37,540 nt of DNA, from positions 1 to 37,540 of the forward strand of contig JALJEE010003266.1 of the NCBI GenBank assembly GCA_023231475.1, in the 5' to 3' direction. This stretch comes from Seison nebaliae (taxonomy: Eukaryota). The notes beneath the pieces are model-generated. The model ran no database searches. It was not told the origin of the DNA and saw only the letters and a list, made by a program, of their open reading frames with translations. The position numbers and the translations under genes were made by a program. Of the stretch, positions 25,166-37,540 are shown in pieces. The stretch's first letter is position 1. Each line of letters opens with the position of its first letter.

Positions 25166-28100
25166 TATTCCTCTTTCAACATAATCAATTCTTATCTCAT
25201 TGAACTTTCAATATCATCGCAGAATCGTTTTATGTATTTTGTTGATTTTAAACATTTTCTTATAAAGTTAAAAGAATAAAATTTCTTTAGATTAATTTAA
25301 TTTAAACCTAATTATTCTACTTGTTTTCATTGATGAATTGTTAAACAATTTAATAATTATAAATGATGTTTTCTTCATTTTTATAGTTTTAGTTCTTAAT
25401 TTTTATGAGAAAGAATATCGAATTTTGGCAGTAGATTTGAATTGAGGAGATGAATTGGTTTGAAGTGTTGGGAAAATTGAACATGGAACGATTGAGTAAG
25501 AGTGAGAGAGTGTTGGGAGAAGTGATATAATGATAGAGAAAAATAATGGACATTTTCCTAAAAGAAGAGAATTCGGTTGGAGAATGAGAACAGACATTTG
25601 TGAAAGATATTACATAAACAATTTTAAATTTATTTTAATGTCTATTTGTTTGGTGTGTTTGGGTTGGTGGGGAGTATTCGGATGTAGAGTTGATAAACCA
25701 CACTTTTGTGGGGAGCGGTGTATACATCTCATATCGAATGAATCGCACTTAGTCGAATGCGGAAAATGTTTCGTGACCACAAAATATATGTGTGTTCATT
25801 TCTGTATAATATAATTCTCTGAATACGTAAGAATATGGAGAATGGAGAAAAACCGCAATCTGTTCTCATACATGAAGTGACGCAATGTACGAGAGACCAA
25901 TGGACTTAACAACTGATTGAACGAATGAGAGAAATGGAAAGGAAAGAAATGATGAAAGGAATAAGAAAGAAAGGAAAGAGAATGTAACATTTGAGCGACA
26001 GACCGTATACTTCATCACCATCGCCATCATCATCATAGTCCACATGATATTGTGTAATATTGGTTTGGAAGTAAAGATAAAGAAAGTGAATTAGAGAGTA
26101 GATGGAGGTAAATTGAGTAAGATGAAATTTGCTAAAGAAATATCTACGTAACATATTCGATATGTGAGTAGTGGAGAATAATAATAATATTTGTTGTTGC
26201 TGTTGTTATTGTTGGTATTTTTAATGGTGGTGGTGATGGTGATGGTGGTAATAATGGCTTTTTTTCTTATTCTTATTCTTTTTTTCTTTCCAAATTTCTT
26301 TTTCAATTCACTTATGCAAACGTATATGGGAAATTCATTGAATTAAACAGGAAGAGGGACCAAACCACCAACTACCACTATCAACTTATTATAATATTTA
26401 CTAGCGGATGCAGTCCAGTTATCATTCTTTCTCTCTCTTCTCTCTCTCTTTCACCTAACCGTAAAAATGGAAATTTAATCATTGTCACTATTCTTCATTT
26501 TCTCCAACTGAAGAAACATACGTCTTTCTTTCATCGATTATTTTTCTCTGGATAAGTCAATTTTATTATTTGTCGAAGAAAAAATATTATGACGTAACTC
26601 TAATTTACATAATACATTACCATCAGCGGTCGATCATATGTTCTCCACGATCACTCACTCGTATGTAGTCTCACAAATGTCAGTATTTTTCCATTCGTAC
26701 AAAATTCGGACAATCTTTCCAAAGAGACTTCATGTCATGTAGACAAGAAGAGAAACAGAGTTAAACAAATTTAACTAGATAGCGAGCTAGTTGGGTTGGT
26801 TGGCTAGCGAAACTACTTATTATATAATTCGACAAAAAATCAGTATAATATCACACAGAGTACTAGAGGGAGGAATTTGATGATGGAGTGGTTCACTTCC
26901 ACTTAATATTAACTGCTTCAGCTCTTCGTCCTCATTTGTGTGTTTGGCTGAGAGGATTACATTTGGACTTATTCTCTCCCATCTATTTATTCGGTTGTTC
27001 TCTAATTAAAATTTCTATTTTTCTTTTTATTGCGGTTTTACTATTTGTCGTGTTTTCTTCTGGGGGGAGACTGTTCTCTATATGTATATTTAATTTTCTT
27101 AATTAAAAGTCTTTCCAAATATTCCAATATTTTACAGTTCAGTTATTGGACAATCGAAATCAATATTTATTGCAACATTTGATTATAACAAATAATTATT
27201 TGAAAATTATTTGATATTTCTTTTTTTCTGAGTTTATTTTTAACTGACAATTTGAGTTGATATGAGAATGTAATATTATACAATTTAATTGATAACGAGA
27301 AGTTCATTCGAGATTATATAATGAATGGAGAACTCCTGTACATACACATACAAGCACGCAGAAAGAGATATGGAAGAGGGACTTATATCAGGGAAGTTAA
27401 GTTGTAGTTGTTGTCTGCATCATAAATATTATTCAGTTGTTTATTCGCTCTAAATCGGTCTTTTTCATCTCGTACAATCGATTATTCGATGTTACGTCAT
27501 CTTTCCATCAGTATCGCCATTCTCCATTTTATTCACATATAATTTATATGACACAACAGATTAGAAAAACCGTATGTCTAACAAACGCGCTCGACTTGGA
27601 CAGGAAAAATAAGAAAGATGATGTTATTTTCTTCTATGTGACTTGTAAAGAAAGATGTACTTAAAATTCTAATAAAAACGTTAAAGTGTGGTATATGTAA
27701 GCATAGGTCGGACGTTAAACAGTCGTCGTTGAAAGTTATGATGTAGAGAAAGAAGACTTATTGTGAAAAAAACTGATGGAGGAGGATGATGATCATTATA
27801 GGAGAGATAGAACAGAAATATCTCATCAACTGAAAAGATTAGAATGTTGAAAGTTCTATTTTGGTAATTTATTGCTATTTTGATTGTTATTGTTCGGTAA
27901 TATTGGATGGATATCACAGAGTGAGAGTTCAATACATTTCCCAAAATGGAGGATGGGAAGTAAGATAAAATAAATAAATGTAAAATAATGAAAGAAGTTT
28001 AAACATCTCCATATGTGGATGTTGGGTCTCCATTATGAATTCATATAGACATGTTCCCCGTCCAACCACAAATATCAATAAAGGAATTAAATCAAATGTC

Positions 28101-28184
28101 TTCATCCGATTTAGTTGAAAAAGAAAAGAAAAGAAAAATATTTCACCATCGTCCCGCATCCTGTCCATTTCTCTTTTCCGTCTA

Positions 28185-28188
<4 letters not shown>

Positions 28189-28214
<26 letters not shown>
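28189..28214. repeat. (TA)n microsatellite, about 13 units
   Basis: Uninterrupted TA run read directly. Confidence 0.9.
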
Positions 28215-28216
<2 letters not shown>

Positions 28217-29119
28217 CCTTCCATAAGTATTTCCATCGATAATGTTATGTAATTAGATTTTAGACGAATATTTTCCTTTCGGTCATGTCATTCCCATTTT
28301 CTTTTTTCCATATGGAAACTCAATCACTCTTGGTCATACAATATTCTCGTATGATCTTATTCAACATCTCTTTCATATATTTACTTACTTCGCTCTCATG
28401 AAAACGTTTTCATTCTTTTCTTATGTCAACCACTTCTCCTTTCTTTATACCATATTTATTCTCCATCCGTTTCATTTCATTCCTTTTTTATCGATCTGGT
28501 TGTCTTCTTTTTTCTTCGTTGTTGATTATAATTGTTCTTTCTATTGTGACTGAATGGAAATGATTGTAATAAATATACATATTTCGGACACGTTAACAAC
28601 GACATCCTTTCCGATTGTTATCACACATTATCATCATTATATCATTTCCGCATTTGACGGTTTTCTTTCTTTTTTTGAAAGAAAACCAATGAAGACTGTT
28701 ACTTTCCTATTCTTATTCAAATCGATATATATTTTAATAATTTCTCTTTCTTCCTCCAGTTTCATCATACAGATCTATAGAATAATAAATATCTAAACAC
28801 TTATTCTTAAACGCTTTCAAATTTCCACGTTTCCTTATTTTGTAAAGTAGATTCTTTTCATTTAATGAAGATGTGAAATAGAAGATTAAGTTGAACTATT
28901 AAAATAAAACTTCAATTTAGGAAATTTAATGGACATTGGTCAATCATTTTACAAACTTATCAAATAACTTTGTAAAATTTCCGTGAATTCGACAACTTTC
29001 ACCCTACATAAGAAATTGAAGAAAATTTAACGAAAAAAAAATCGTTGAAGACTATCGAATTCAATTCGATAATTTATCAAAGACATCAGCAGATTTATGA
29101 ATTAAATGCAGAATTGAAT

Positions 29120-29802
29120 ATGTCAAATTTATCGAGTTCGATTTCATCGAAACCTCCGCAATTGTGGAGTGTGATCGAGGTGCAGGAATGGCTGAAAACT
29201 GTTGTATGTAATTTGGATATTCCTCACGACAAATTTAATTTTGGAGCATTCTCTAATTGTTCCGGTTAGTAAAATATTTTGTTTTGAGCCAACTTCATTT
29301 CGTTCGTCGATAGGTAATGATTTAACTAGATTAACATTGCAAGATATGAGAGAAAAAGATGGTAATTATGGCGATTTAATTAAAAGTAGTTTGAATGAAT
29401 TAATGTCTCGATTCAATTGGGATTCACAAGATAATAATCGATCGAAAATAATTGATCAGACGTTAAATTCATCAAAATTAAACGAGTTACATCGACGTTC
29501 GAATAGTAATGTCTATTTGGATGAATTCATCCAATGCAATAAATTATATCGTAATGGTGATCAATTTCATTACAGTAACAACATAAGAAGAACAAACAAC
29601 TTGACAAATACATATCATTTTAATGATCAGAAACCCGATGTATCAACAAATCGTTCGACAAGTATGAATAATTTGGGGAGAATAAATGAAATTAATATTA
29701 TGAACACCACCAACACCACCACCAACAACAACAACAACTCAAGTAACAATAATAATAATAATATGATTGATATTCAAACAACGAAAGATCCGAATAATAA
29801 CC

Positions 29803-29845
<43 letters not shown>

Positions 29846-29937
29846 TTATAATTTGAGAGAATTTACAATCTTACCAAATAATATGCTTAACAATAACAAC
29901 AATAGTAACAAGAGTAAATCAATAATGAGAGAACCAA

Positions 29938-29981
<44 letters not shown>

Positions 29982-32900
29982 CAAAATGATAATAATCAAT
30001 TAAAGAAAACTTTTCAAAAGAATTTTCCTCTTATTCCAAACGATTGCTCAAATATCAATGGTGACAATGGTAAAAGTCGTTCAATTAGTATGCAAAATAT
30101 CAACATGTCGAAATGCGGGCAATCCTCTGCCTTATCCAATTTTTCTTCAACGAATAATATGGTGGACAAACAGCAGAATGACGAAAAGAAAACTTTACCA
30201 ACTACATTCTCAATGTCGAACTTATCAGCACAGCAACCGCAAATTATTCAAACTTCAACTTCTCATACGATAACTAATAAATCGAATAATCCTTCGACTT
30301 CTACCACCTCCATCAACAATAACAACAGTAACATCAATTTGGAATATTTAAAGAAATTACAACAGCATCATCAGCAACAACAACAACAACAGCAACAACA
30401 GAATGGTTCAAATAATTTGAGTAATCCATTTATGTCATGGAACACCAAACCGAACATTAGTCATCAACTTCTTCAGTTCTATAATCAAGCATCATTCCTT
30501 AATAGTGCGTATATGCAACAGAATAACTCTTCTTTAAATTTTCCTTTTCTCAATTATTTCGCCAACACTTCTACCAATACTAATGCATCCAGTACATCCA
30601 ATACGAATAATGTTAATAATACCAATAATAATAATAATAATAATGCAAACACATCAAATGCCTTAGCATTAGGCTTATCTCAAATGACCAATTCTTCCCA
30701 GCCAAATTGGACTCACTACATTCCATCATTCTTACCTCAAACATCAACACCGTCGACTGTGTCGACTGGAAAGAATGAGTTCTCGCCCAACAAAGAGAAT
30801 AAGTTGAGAAATGATATTGACAATATAAATCGTCGATTGAAAAATAAATTGAAAACCAAATCGGAAATTAAAATAGAAAAGCAATCATTTCCAAATATAA
30901 ACAAAACGGCCGATAATCAAAAACGTCCAAATAAATTATCATCGTGGAAATTATCGAATGGTTCATCATTATATTTAAATTCAACTTTTCACAATCGCCA
31001 TTTTAGATACAACTGTTGATATGAATATGGCGAATGAATTTGGAATACTTCCATCTCAATTGCAATCGAATGAATATGCTTCTTATTATTCTGCAAGTTT
31101 TTCCTTTTTCTTTTTCATTCCTTTCACCATTTGCTATTAAAGTTACAGGAAAAAGTGATGGAGGGAAAGTGGTGAAGAGACATAAATCACAAAGACATTT
31201 GACTGATGACGGTGACAGTGGAAATGAAAGTCAAAACCATTTCTCATCCACATCTTCTCCAACCAATTCTCTAACATCGAACAATTCGTCAAGTGGTAAG
31301 GCTGACACACCACCAACAACATCCACAACATTGAATGATCGAGAACTATCGAAGAATAAGTGGAATATTCCTTTAACTGGTTTATCGACAATGAAGACGT
31401 CAAATGAATTCGATCATTTATCGAATAAGAATATTTTATTTAATAAAGATAAATCGATGACCATCTCTCAGAATGGAAGTCGTGGAAAAACTCTATATCG
31501 GTTTCATTCCTTCATATTCTTTCTCTTTATCTTTAACTAATTGTAGTTTCCTATTTGATATTTTAAACGACCCGATTTGCAATCCATCAATCATTCGATG
31601 GGAAGACAAAGAACATGGAATATTTCGTTTCGTTCGATCTCAAGAAGTTGCTATAAAATGGGGCCAGTTGAAGAGGAGAACGCGAATGAACTATGAGAAA
31701 TTATCACGTGCACTTCGACATTATTATAAGAAAAAAATCGTCTTACAGGTTTCTATTTTCTACAACATCCTCTTACTCGGTTTTCTTCATTCTTAGGTGC
31801 CAAATAAACGTCTCGTCTATCAATTCGGTCCAAATGCTAAACTAGCAATAAAATTTAAACAATCTTATGCTACTTCCTCCTCATCTACTCCATCCTCTTC
31901 TACAACCACCACAACAACAACCACCACCACATGTACGTCGTCATCGACTGACGAAAAGTTCAAACTGATGAATAAGAATAACATGAATAAGTCAAAATAT
32001 ATGGAAGAGAAAGAAAGAAAGTTTAATTTTTTCTTATAAAAATAAATAAATTAATTAATTATGGAAATATTCTTTTTTAAAAACTTTTTTCTTTCTTTAG
32101 TAGCAATCCGTCACAGAACAATCGGAATTCTATTAAGAGAACATTTCCATCAACTTCGTTAGAGAATGAGAAGAATTGTCAAATGAAGAAAAGTTTCAAA
32201 AATGTCAATTTATCCGAATTCAATATTGGTCTTCATACCAATCAAATGGAGACATTGAATACAATCAATTCTCCCTCGTTCAATATGTTCCAGACTCAAA
32301 CGGATATGGTCTCACCATCTTCCTCCACATCTCACCAATCATCAACATCATCTAATTCCAATAAATTCTTGAGTAATTCCTCCACTACTGGCAATTCAGC
32401 GTTTCCTTTCATTAATGCCAATTCGGATACAATGAATTCTCAAAGAAATACATTAAATTCTTATGCAAGTAATTTAACAAACTTCTTTACTGAGCAATCG
32501 GAAGAGAAGAAATTAGTTGATAATGAATTCTTTTCGTCTCTTAATAAAATCAAAAATGAACCAAATGTAATTGAAGATAAACCAATATTAACAACAATGC
32601 AACCGATGAAATCTAATCGTGAATTAATCAATAATAATAATAATAATTCTCAAAATAATCAAAATCTTCTCAAAACAATTACGACAACCATCACCCCAAT
32701 CATCACCACTACCTCAACAACAAGTATGGTGGCTAATGTGGTGAATTCGAATGAAACCGACACTAACAAATCGATAAGAGATTCCACAAATATATTCGAT
32801 TTCACTTCCAGTCTCTACTCTCCATATAATGACAACAACATCTTCTCCAATCAATCGAATGATAACGAAATTCTACAAATCAATCCCAATTCTTCAGATA

Positions 32901-33013
32901 ATTTGACATTGGACGATGATTATATGCAGAATGAGTATAACTTCGACATGCCTCTCAATGAATTTGGAAAGAATAAATTCAGTTCGGATTCCGTATTCTC
33001 CTCACTCTTCTAA
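29120..33013 (+). CDS. ETS transcription factor with PNT/SAM domain, ESE subfamily (EHF/ELF3/ELF5-like), ~1190 aa; true start uncertain
   Basis: Exons 29120-29264, 29314-30960, 31007-31096, 31143-31500, 31547-31748, 31797-32020, 32101-33013. PNT domain PQLWSVIEVQEWL...SG|NDLTRLTLQDM..YGDLI. ETS domain FLFDILNDPICNPSIIRWEDKEHGIFRFVRSQEVAIKWG...MNYEKLSRALRHYY...RLVYQFGPNA. The frame stays open upstream of ATG 29120 to about 29045, so more 5' exons are possible. Confidence 0.88.
29700..30645 (+). repeat. Coding trinucleotide tracts: (AAT/AAC)n poly-Asn and (CAA/CAG)n poly-Gln inside the ETS gene
   Basis: AAT runs near 29808-29845, 29940-29981 and 30624-30643; CAA/CAG run near 30360-30401. Confidence 0.9.
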
Positions 33014-34065
33014 TATCGTGACAAAGTGAAGGAATTCCCAATTCTTCAGGGGAGGGAAGTGATGAGATTAAATGAATGAATTTAAATTTATTCGTCAATT
33101 ATCGATTCTCATTTCCTTATTATTATTATTTCCATTTAAAATTTATCGAAAACTTTTCCTCTCCTCCACACAATATACATAAACTCTGTCGATGATTCTT
33201 CATATTTGATGTTTCTCCTGATCTATCCAATTTTCAATTATTTTCCACTGGATAATCTGTGATGGAATATCAATATGGAATCATCAGTTACACAATTATC
33301 TTTTAATGATTTTTCTAATTTAATTTTTTTTTGATTTAATGAAGAAAAATATCTTATGAATTTCCTCTATCCTTATATATTGAGCATTCAATGCAACAGT
33401 GAACCAAACTACCTCAATTCACCATTCATCTTTTTCTCCTCAAACATTTTTTTCCTTCTTTCATATTACAAATTTGTATAGAATTCTATTAAACACAAAA
33501 CTGTCCATTTTCTTCATTTTTCGATTATTATTCTATCAAAATTTTTTCGATAAATTTTCGTTCTTTGAGAATTATGATATTTCGATGTTCTGATCGATTG
33601 TTGAATAATTTGAAAATGTTTGCTTCATTCCAAAGATATCATACTTAATAATCAATCACCTCCTCTTCTTCTTCTGAAAAAAGGATTAACCATTTTGAAT
33701 TGATTTAATTTTTCTTTCCAAAAATTTTCATCTTTTTTTGAATTCCGAATGAATATATATTATTCACAATTGAGTAGCGATTTCTCTATTCGTCTCTCAT
33801 TAATCATATATTCAAATCACTTTTTATTAGAAGACACAATTTTATTTTATTTCATCTTAATTAAAACTAAATTTATGAAATCTATTTCCACTTAAACTAT
33901 TATCGAATATAAATCAATCAGACTTGACTCGGTTGAGATGAGAGAAGAGAAAGAAAGATCTACGTCGAAAAAGAAACTAAATTAAAAGAAATTATTAAAG
34001 GGATAGAAATGTAATTAAATGTATTTCGTTCATGACAATTAATGTATTTGAATTTGTTGTGATGA

Positions 34066-35503
<1,438 letters not shown>

Positions 35504-36376
35504 TAGTCTCGTGGAAAGATTCGTAATTTCAACTAATAAATTAAATGGAAATGATCTAACAAGTTATACAAAAAAAAAGTGAAAATGGAAAAACGAAAAA
35601 AAAATCTCCTTTTCTATTCCGAAAAGTGAATGCATCCGAATGTTATATAAGAAAGAAATGTATTTTTTATCTATATATTATTCGATTATAAATCTTTCTA
35701 TCTTCTCTTTCACCATTCTTTCACGGAAAATTATTCTTCTATTGGAAATGAATGAAATGCAGAATAATATTTCTGATTGTCTGAGAAATGGAAAAGAAAA
35801 AATTGTTCAAACTTATAAAATCGTAGTTAAAGCAGAAATCGATCAATTTTTCCTTCTCTTCAAACAATCATCACAACGACGTAGTTTCCTGTTGAAAATA
35901 TTAGCCTGATTTGAAAAAGAATCGAATGTTCAATAACTTTTATACTTTACAAAACTACATTGGCATGTCCTTCTCATTTCTCTGTAAAGAAGATGAACGC
36001 CTATAAAAAATTTGCAACAGTTCATTTCATAATTTCCTTGAGAAGCAAAAATTTAATATCTCTCCACAAACTCATTTAAGATTATCTTATTATTCTACGT
36101 AGATTTCATATAAATGAAAAGAAATCAGTGATTTATATTTTCAGTATTGAAATCTTTTAATATATTTTTAGTATTATTTAAGATTTAATAATCCATTTCT
36201 CAAAACAATCTTTTACTTTTCAATTTGTTAGTTTTATTTAAATTACTTTGTCTGTCTAAAAGGAAGAGTTATCTAATAGCGTAACTTTCTAATAAAAGAC
36301 CGAGTAAATAATGAGAAGTTGAATATTAGACTGTCCTTAACCAAAATTCTTCTTTGTTTTGTTTTGTTTGTCCAAA

Positions 36377-37405
36377 ATGGAAACGGTGAAGTCTTTTCTT
36401 TTTGAAAAAGACGAATTTTCAATCGATAGTGCAATGTATCCTTATCTTGGTGAAGAGCATAGGTTTAAAAAAACATTATGTTCCAAAAGCGATTGCACAT
36501 CCGAGTTTAACCAATGTTCTTATAATTCAATTGGCTCTTGTCATTTTATTGCAATAATGGCAGTTATTCGATCAGCACCATATTTTATGTATTATGTCCA
36601 TTTGCATCATAAGCATGATAATTGGAATGATATCACCAGAATGGTGGATGGAATAGTAAGTCAACCAGATGTCAAATTAAACGTACCCCCAAGATTGGCT
36701 GGTAATTATTTAGCAATGGAATTATTAAAAACTACTAACGCCAATCCATTAGGATATATAGATCAGGATACATTAGTTCAACAAAATTACTTGGAATATT
36801 TTACATTGCTTGTCCTTTATCCATATATGGGACGACCTGAGCTTGGAAGTTATGAAAAATGTTTGAGAACTATATTTTCCTATTATAAAAGTCCATATAT
36901 TGCCGATAAACTGAATTCAGCTTGTTTGAATGCGGCTTACACATCCTTAAGGAAAAGGTATTTCGAACTGAACCTTTTTGCTCTCGTTTATGTCAAAATG
37001 TTTCCGGATCTAAATATACCTGATTTTTTCACAGATGACAAGGAAAACAATTTATTCGAATCAATTCTCTATCCCATAAATGTTCAATTGAACAAGATAA
37101 GCTTATTTAGGTGGTATCCTCAAATCCATTTTTGGTCTCTTTCCTTAGTAAGTGAAGTTAAAAGACCGGTAATAAGTGAACCAGTTAATCAAAAAATTGA
37201 TATCGCAAAGTTGTTAAACACAATTTCGGACCACGCAAAATATAAAATAAACCTTCTAGGGAAAGATGAACTACCTTATTGGCTGCATGTGGATTTGATG
37301 TATCACCGTGAAAATTATTTAAAAATTAACGGCCAAATAAAAACAATGATAATAGACAATATATATTATTTTCAACTATTCGAACTCATATACAAGTATC
37401 TGTAA
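36377..37405 (+). CDS. Intronless orphan ORF (342 aa) with candidate USP/peptidase C19-like Cys and His boxes
   Basis: A 1029-nt stop-free frame in AT-rich DNA with globular composition, so coding is likely. The family call rests only on the motifs NSIGSCHFIAIMAVIRSAPYF and LHVDLMYHRENYLKING. Confidence 0.6.
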   Translation: METVKSFLFEKDEFSIDSAMYPYLGEEHRFKKTLCSKSDCTSEFNQCSYNSIGSCHFIAIMAVIRSAPYFMYYVHLHHKHDNWNDITRMVDGIVSQPDVKLNVPPRLAGNYLAMELLKTTNANPLGYIDQDTLVQQNYLEYFTLLVLYPYMGRPELGSYEKCLRTIFSYYKSPYIADKLNSACLNAAYTSLRKRYFELNLFALVYVKMFPDLNIPDFFTDDKENNLFESILYPINVQLNKISLFRWYPQIHFWSLSLVSEVKRPVISEPVNQKIDIAKLLNTISDHAKYKINLLGKDELPYWLHVDLMYHRENYLKINGQIKTMIIDNIYYFQLFELIYKYL

Positions 37406-37540
37406 GCTGGTCGGCCTACGTAAAAGTCGATTATAATTATAGAGTGAGTGAGATTAAGGATGATATTATTAATTGAGGATCTTCAATTAAGTTTATCAAT
37501 CCGTTGAATAAAACTTGCGGAAGTACAATTGTTTTGTAAA

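Noticed and set aside
25403..28796. Cluster of 60-95 aa ORFs upstream of the ETS gene, including the Cys-rich 25530-25814
   Set aside because: Phe/Ile/Leu-rich translations typical of AT-rich non-coding DNA and microsatellites; no domain and no coherent splice chain.
28929..29050. Candidate upstream coding exon ATGGACATTG|GTC for the ETS gene
   Set aside because: Its phase-1 donor does not match the phase of the acceptors at 29050, 29082 or 29089; the start is left unresolved.
29202..29313. ORF-track N-terminus MYVIWIFLTT... of the 605-aa ORF, and similar intron-derived ends of other ORFs
   Set aside because: These are read-through into introns or non-ATG starts. The PNT domain requires the 29264^29314 splice.

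Overview
AT-rich, gene-dense nuclear DNA from an animal with a compact genome, using the standard genetic code. A spiralian is the best guess, inferred from a SPILE-like TALE homeobox gene; the taxon cannot be fixed from sequence alone. By hand I built 16 protein-coding models: a partial single-pass membrane protein, EPB41L4A-like FERM, FAM92/CIBAR, an allatostatin-C-like neuropeptide precursor, AK3, PSMD14, QPCT, PCYT2, NDUFV3-like, a UBE2N-like E2, a TALE homeobox gene, an atypical SDR, ALG5, a ~1190-aa ESE-type ETS factor, enolase, and an intronless orphan with USP-like Cys/His boxes. NDUFV3-like and the E2 are absent from the ORF track. The strongest unexplained signal is the splicing code of the 45 introns in these models. 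42 begin GTT, 2 GTC, 1 GTA and none GTG or GTRAGT. The +5G and exonic AG signals are largely lost. Perfect GTGAGT sites in ALG5 and enolase exons appear to be ignored. Acceptors behave as the first non-GAG AG beyond ~40 nt, often AAG. These rules predict two hidden microexons in PCYT2 and an alternative C-terminus for the E2. All junctions are inferred from reading frame and recalled homology, not from transcripts.
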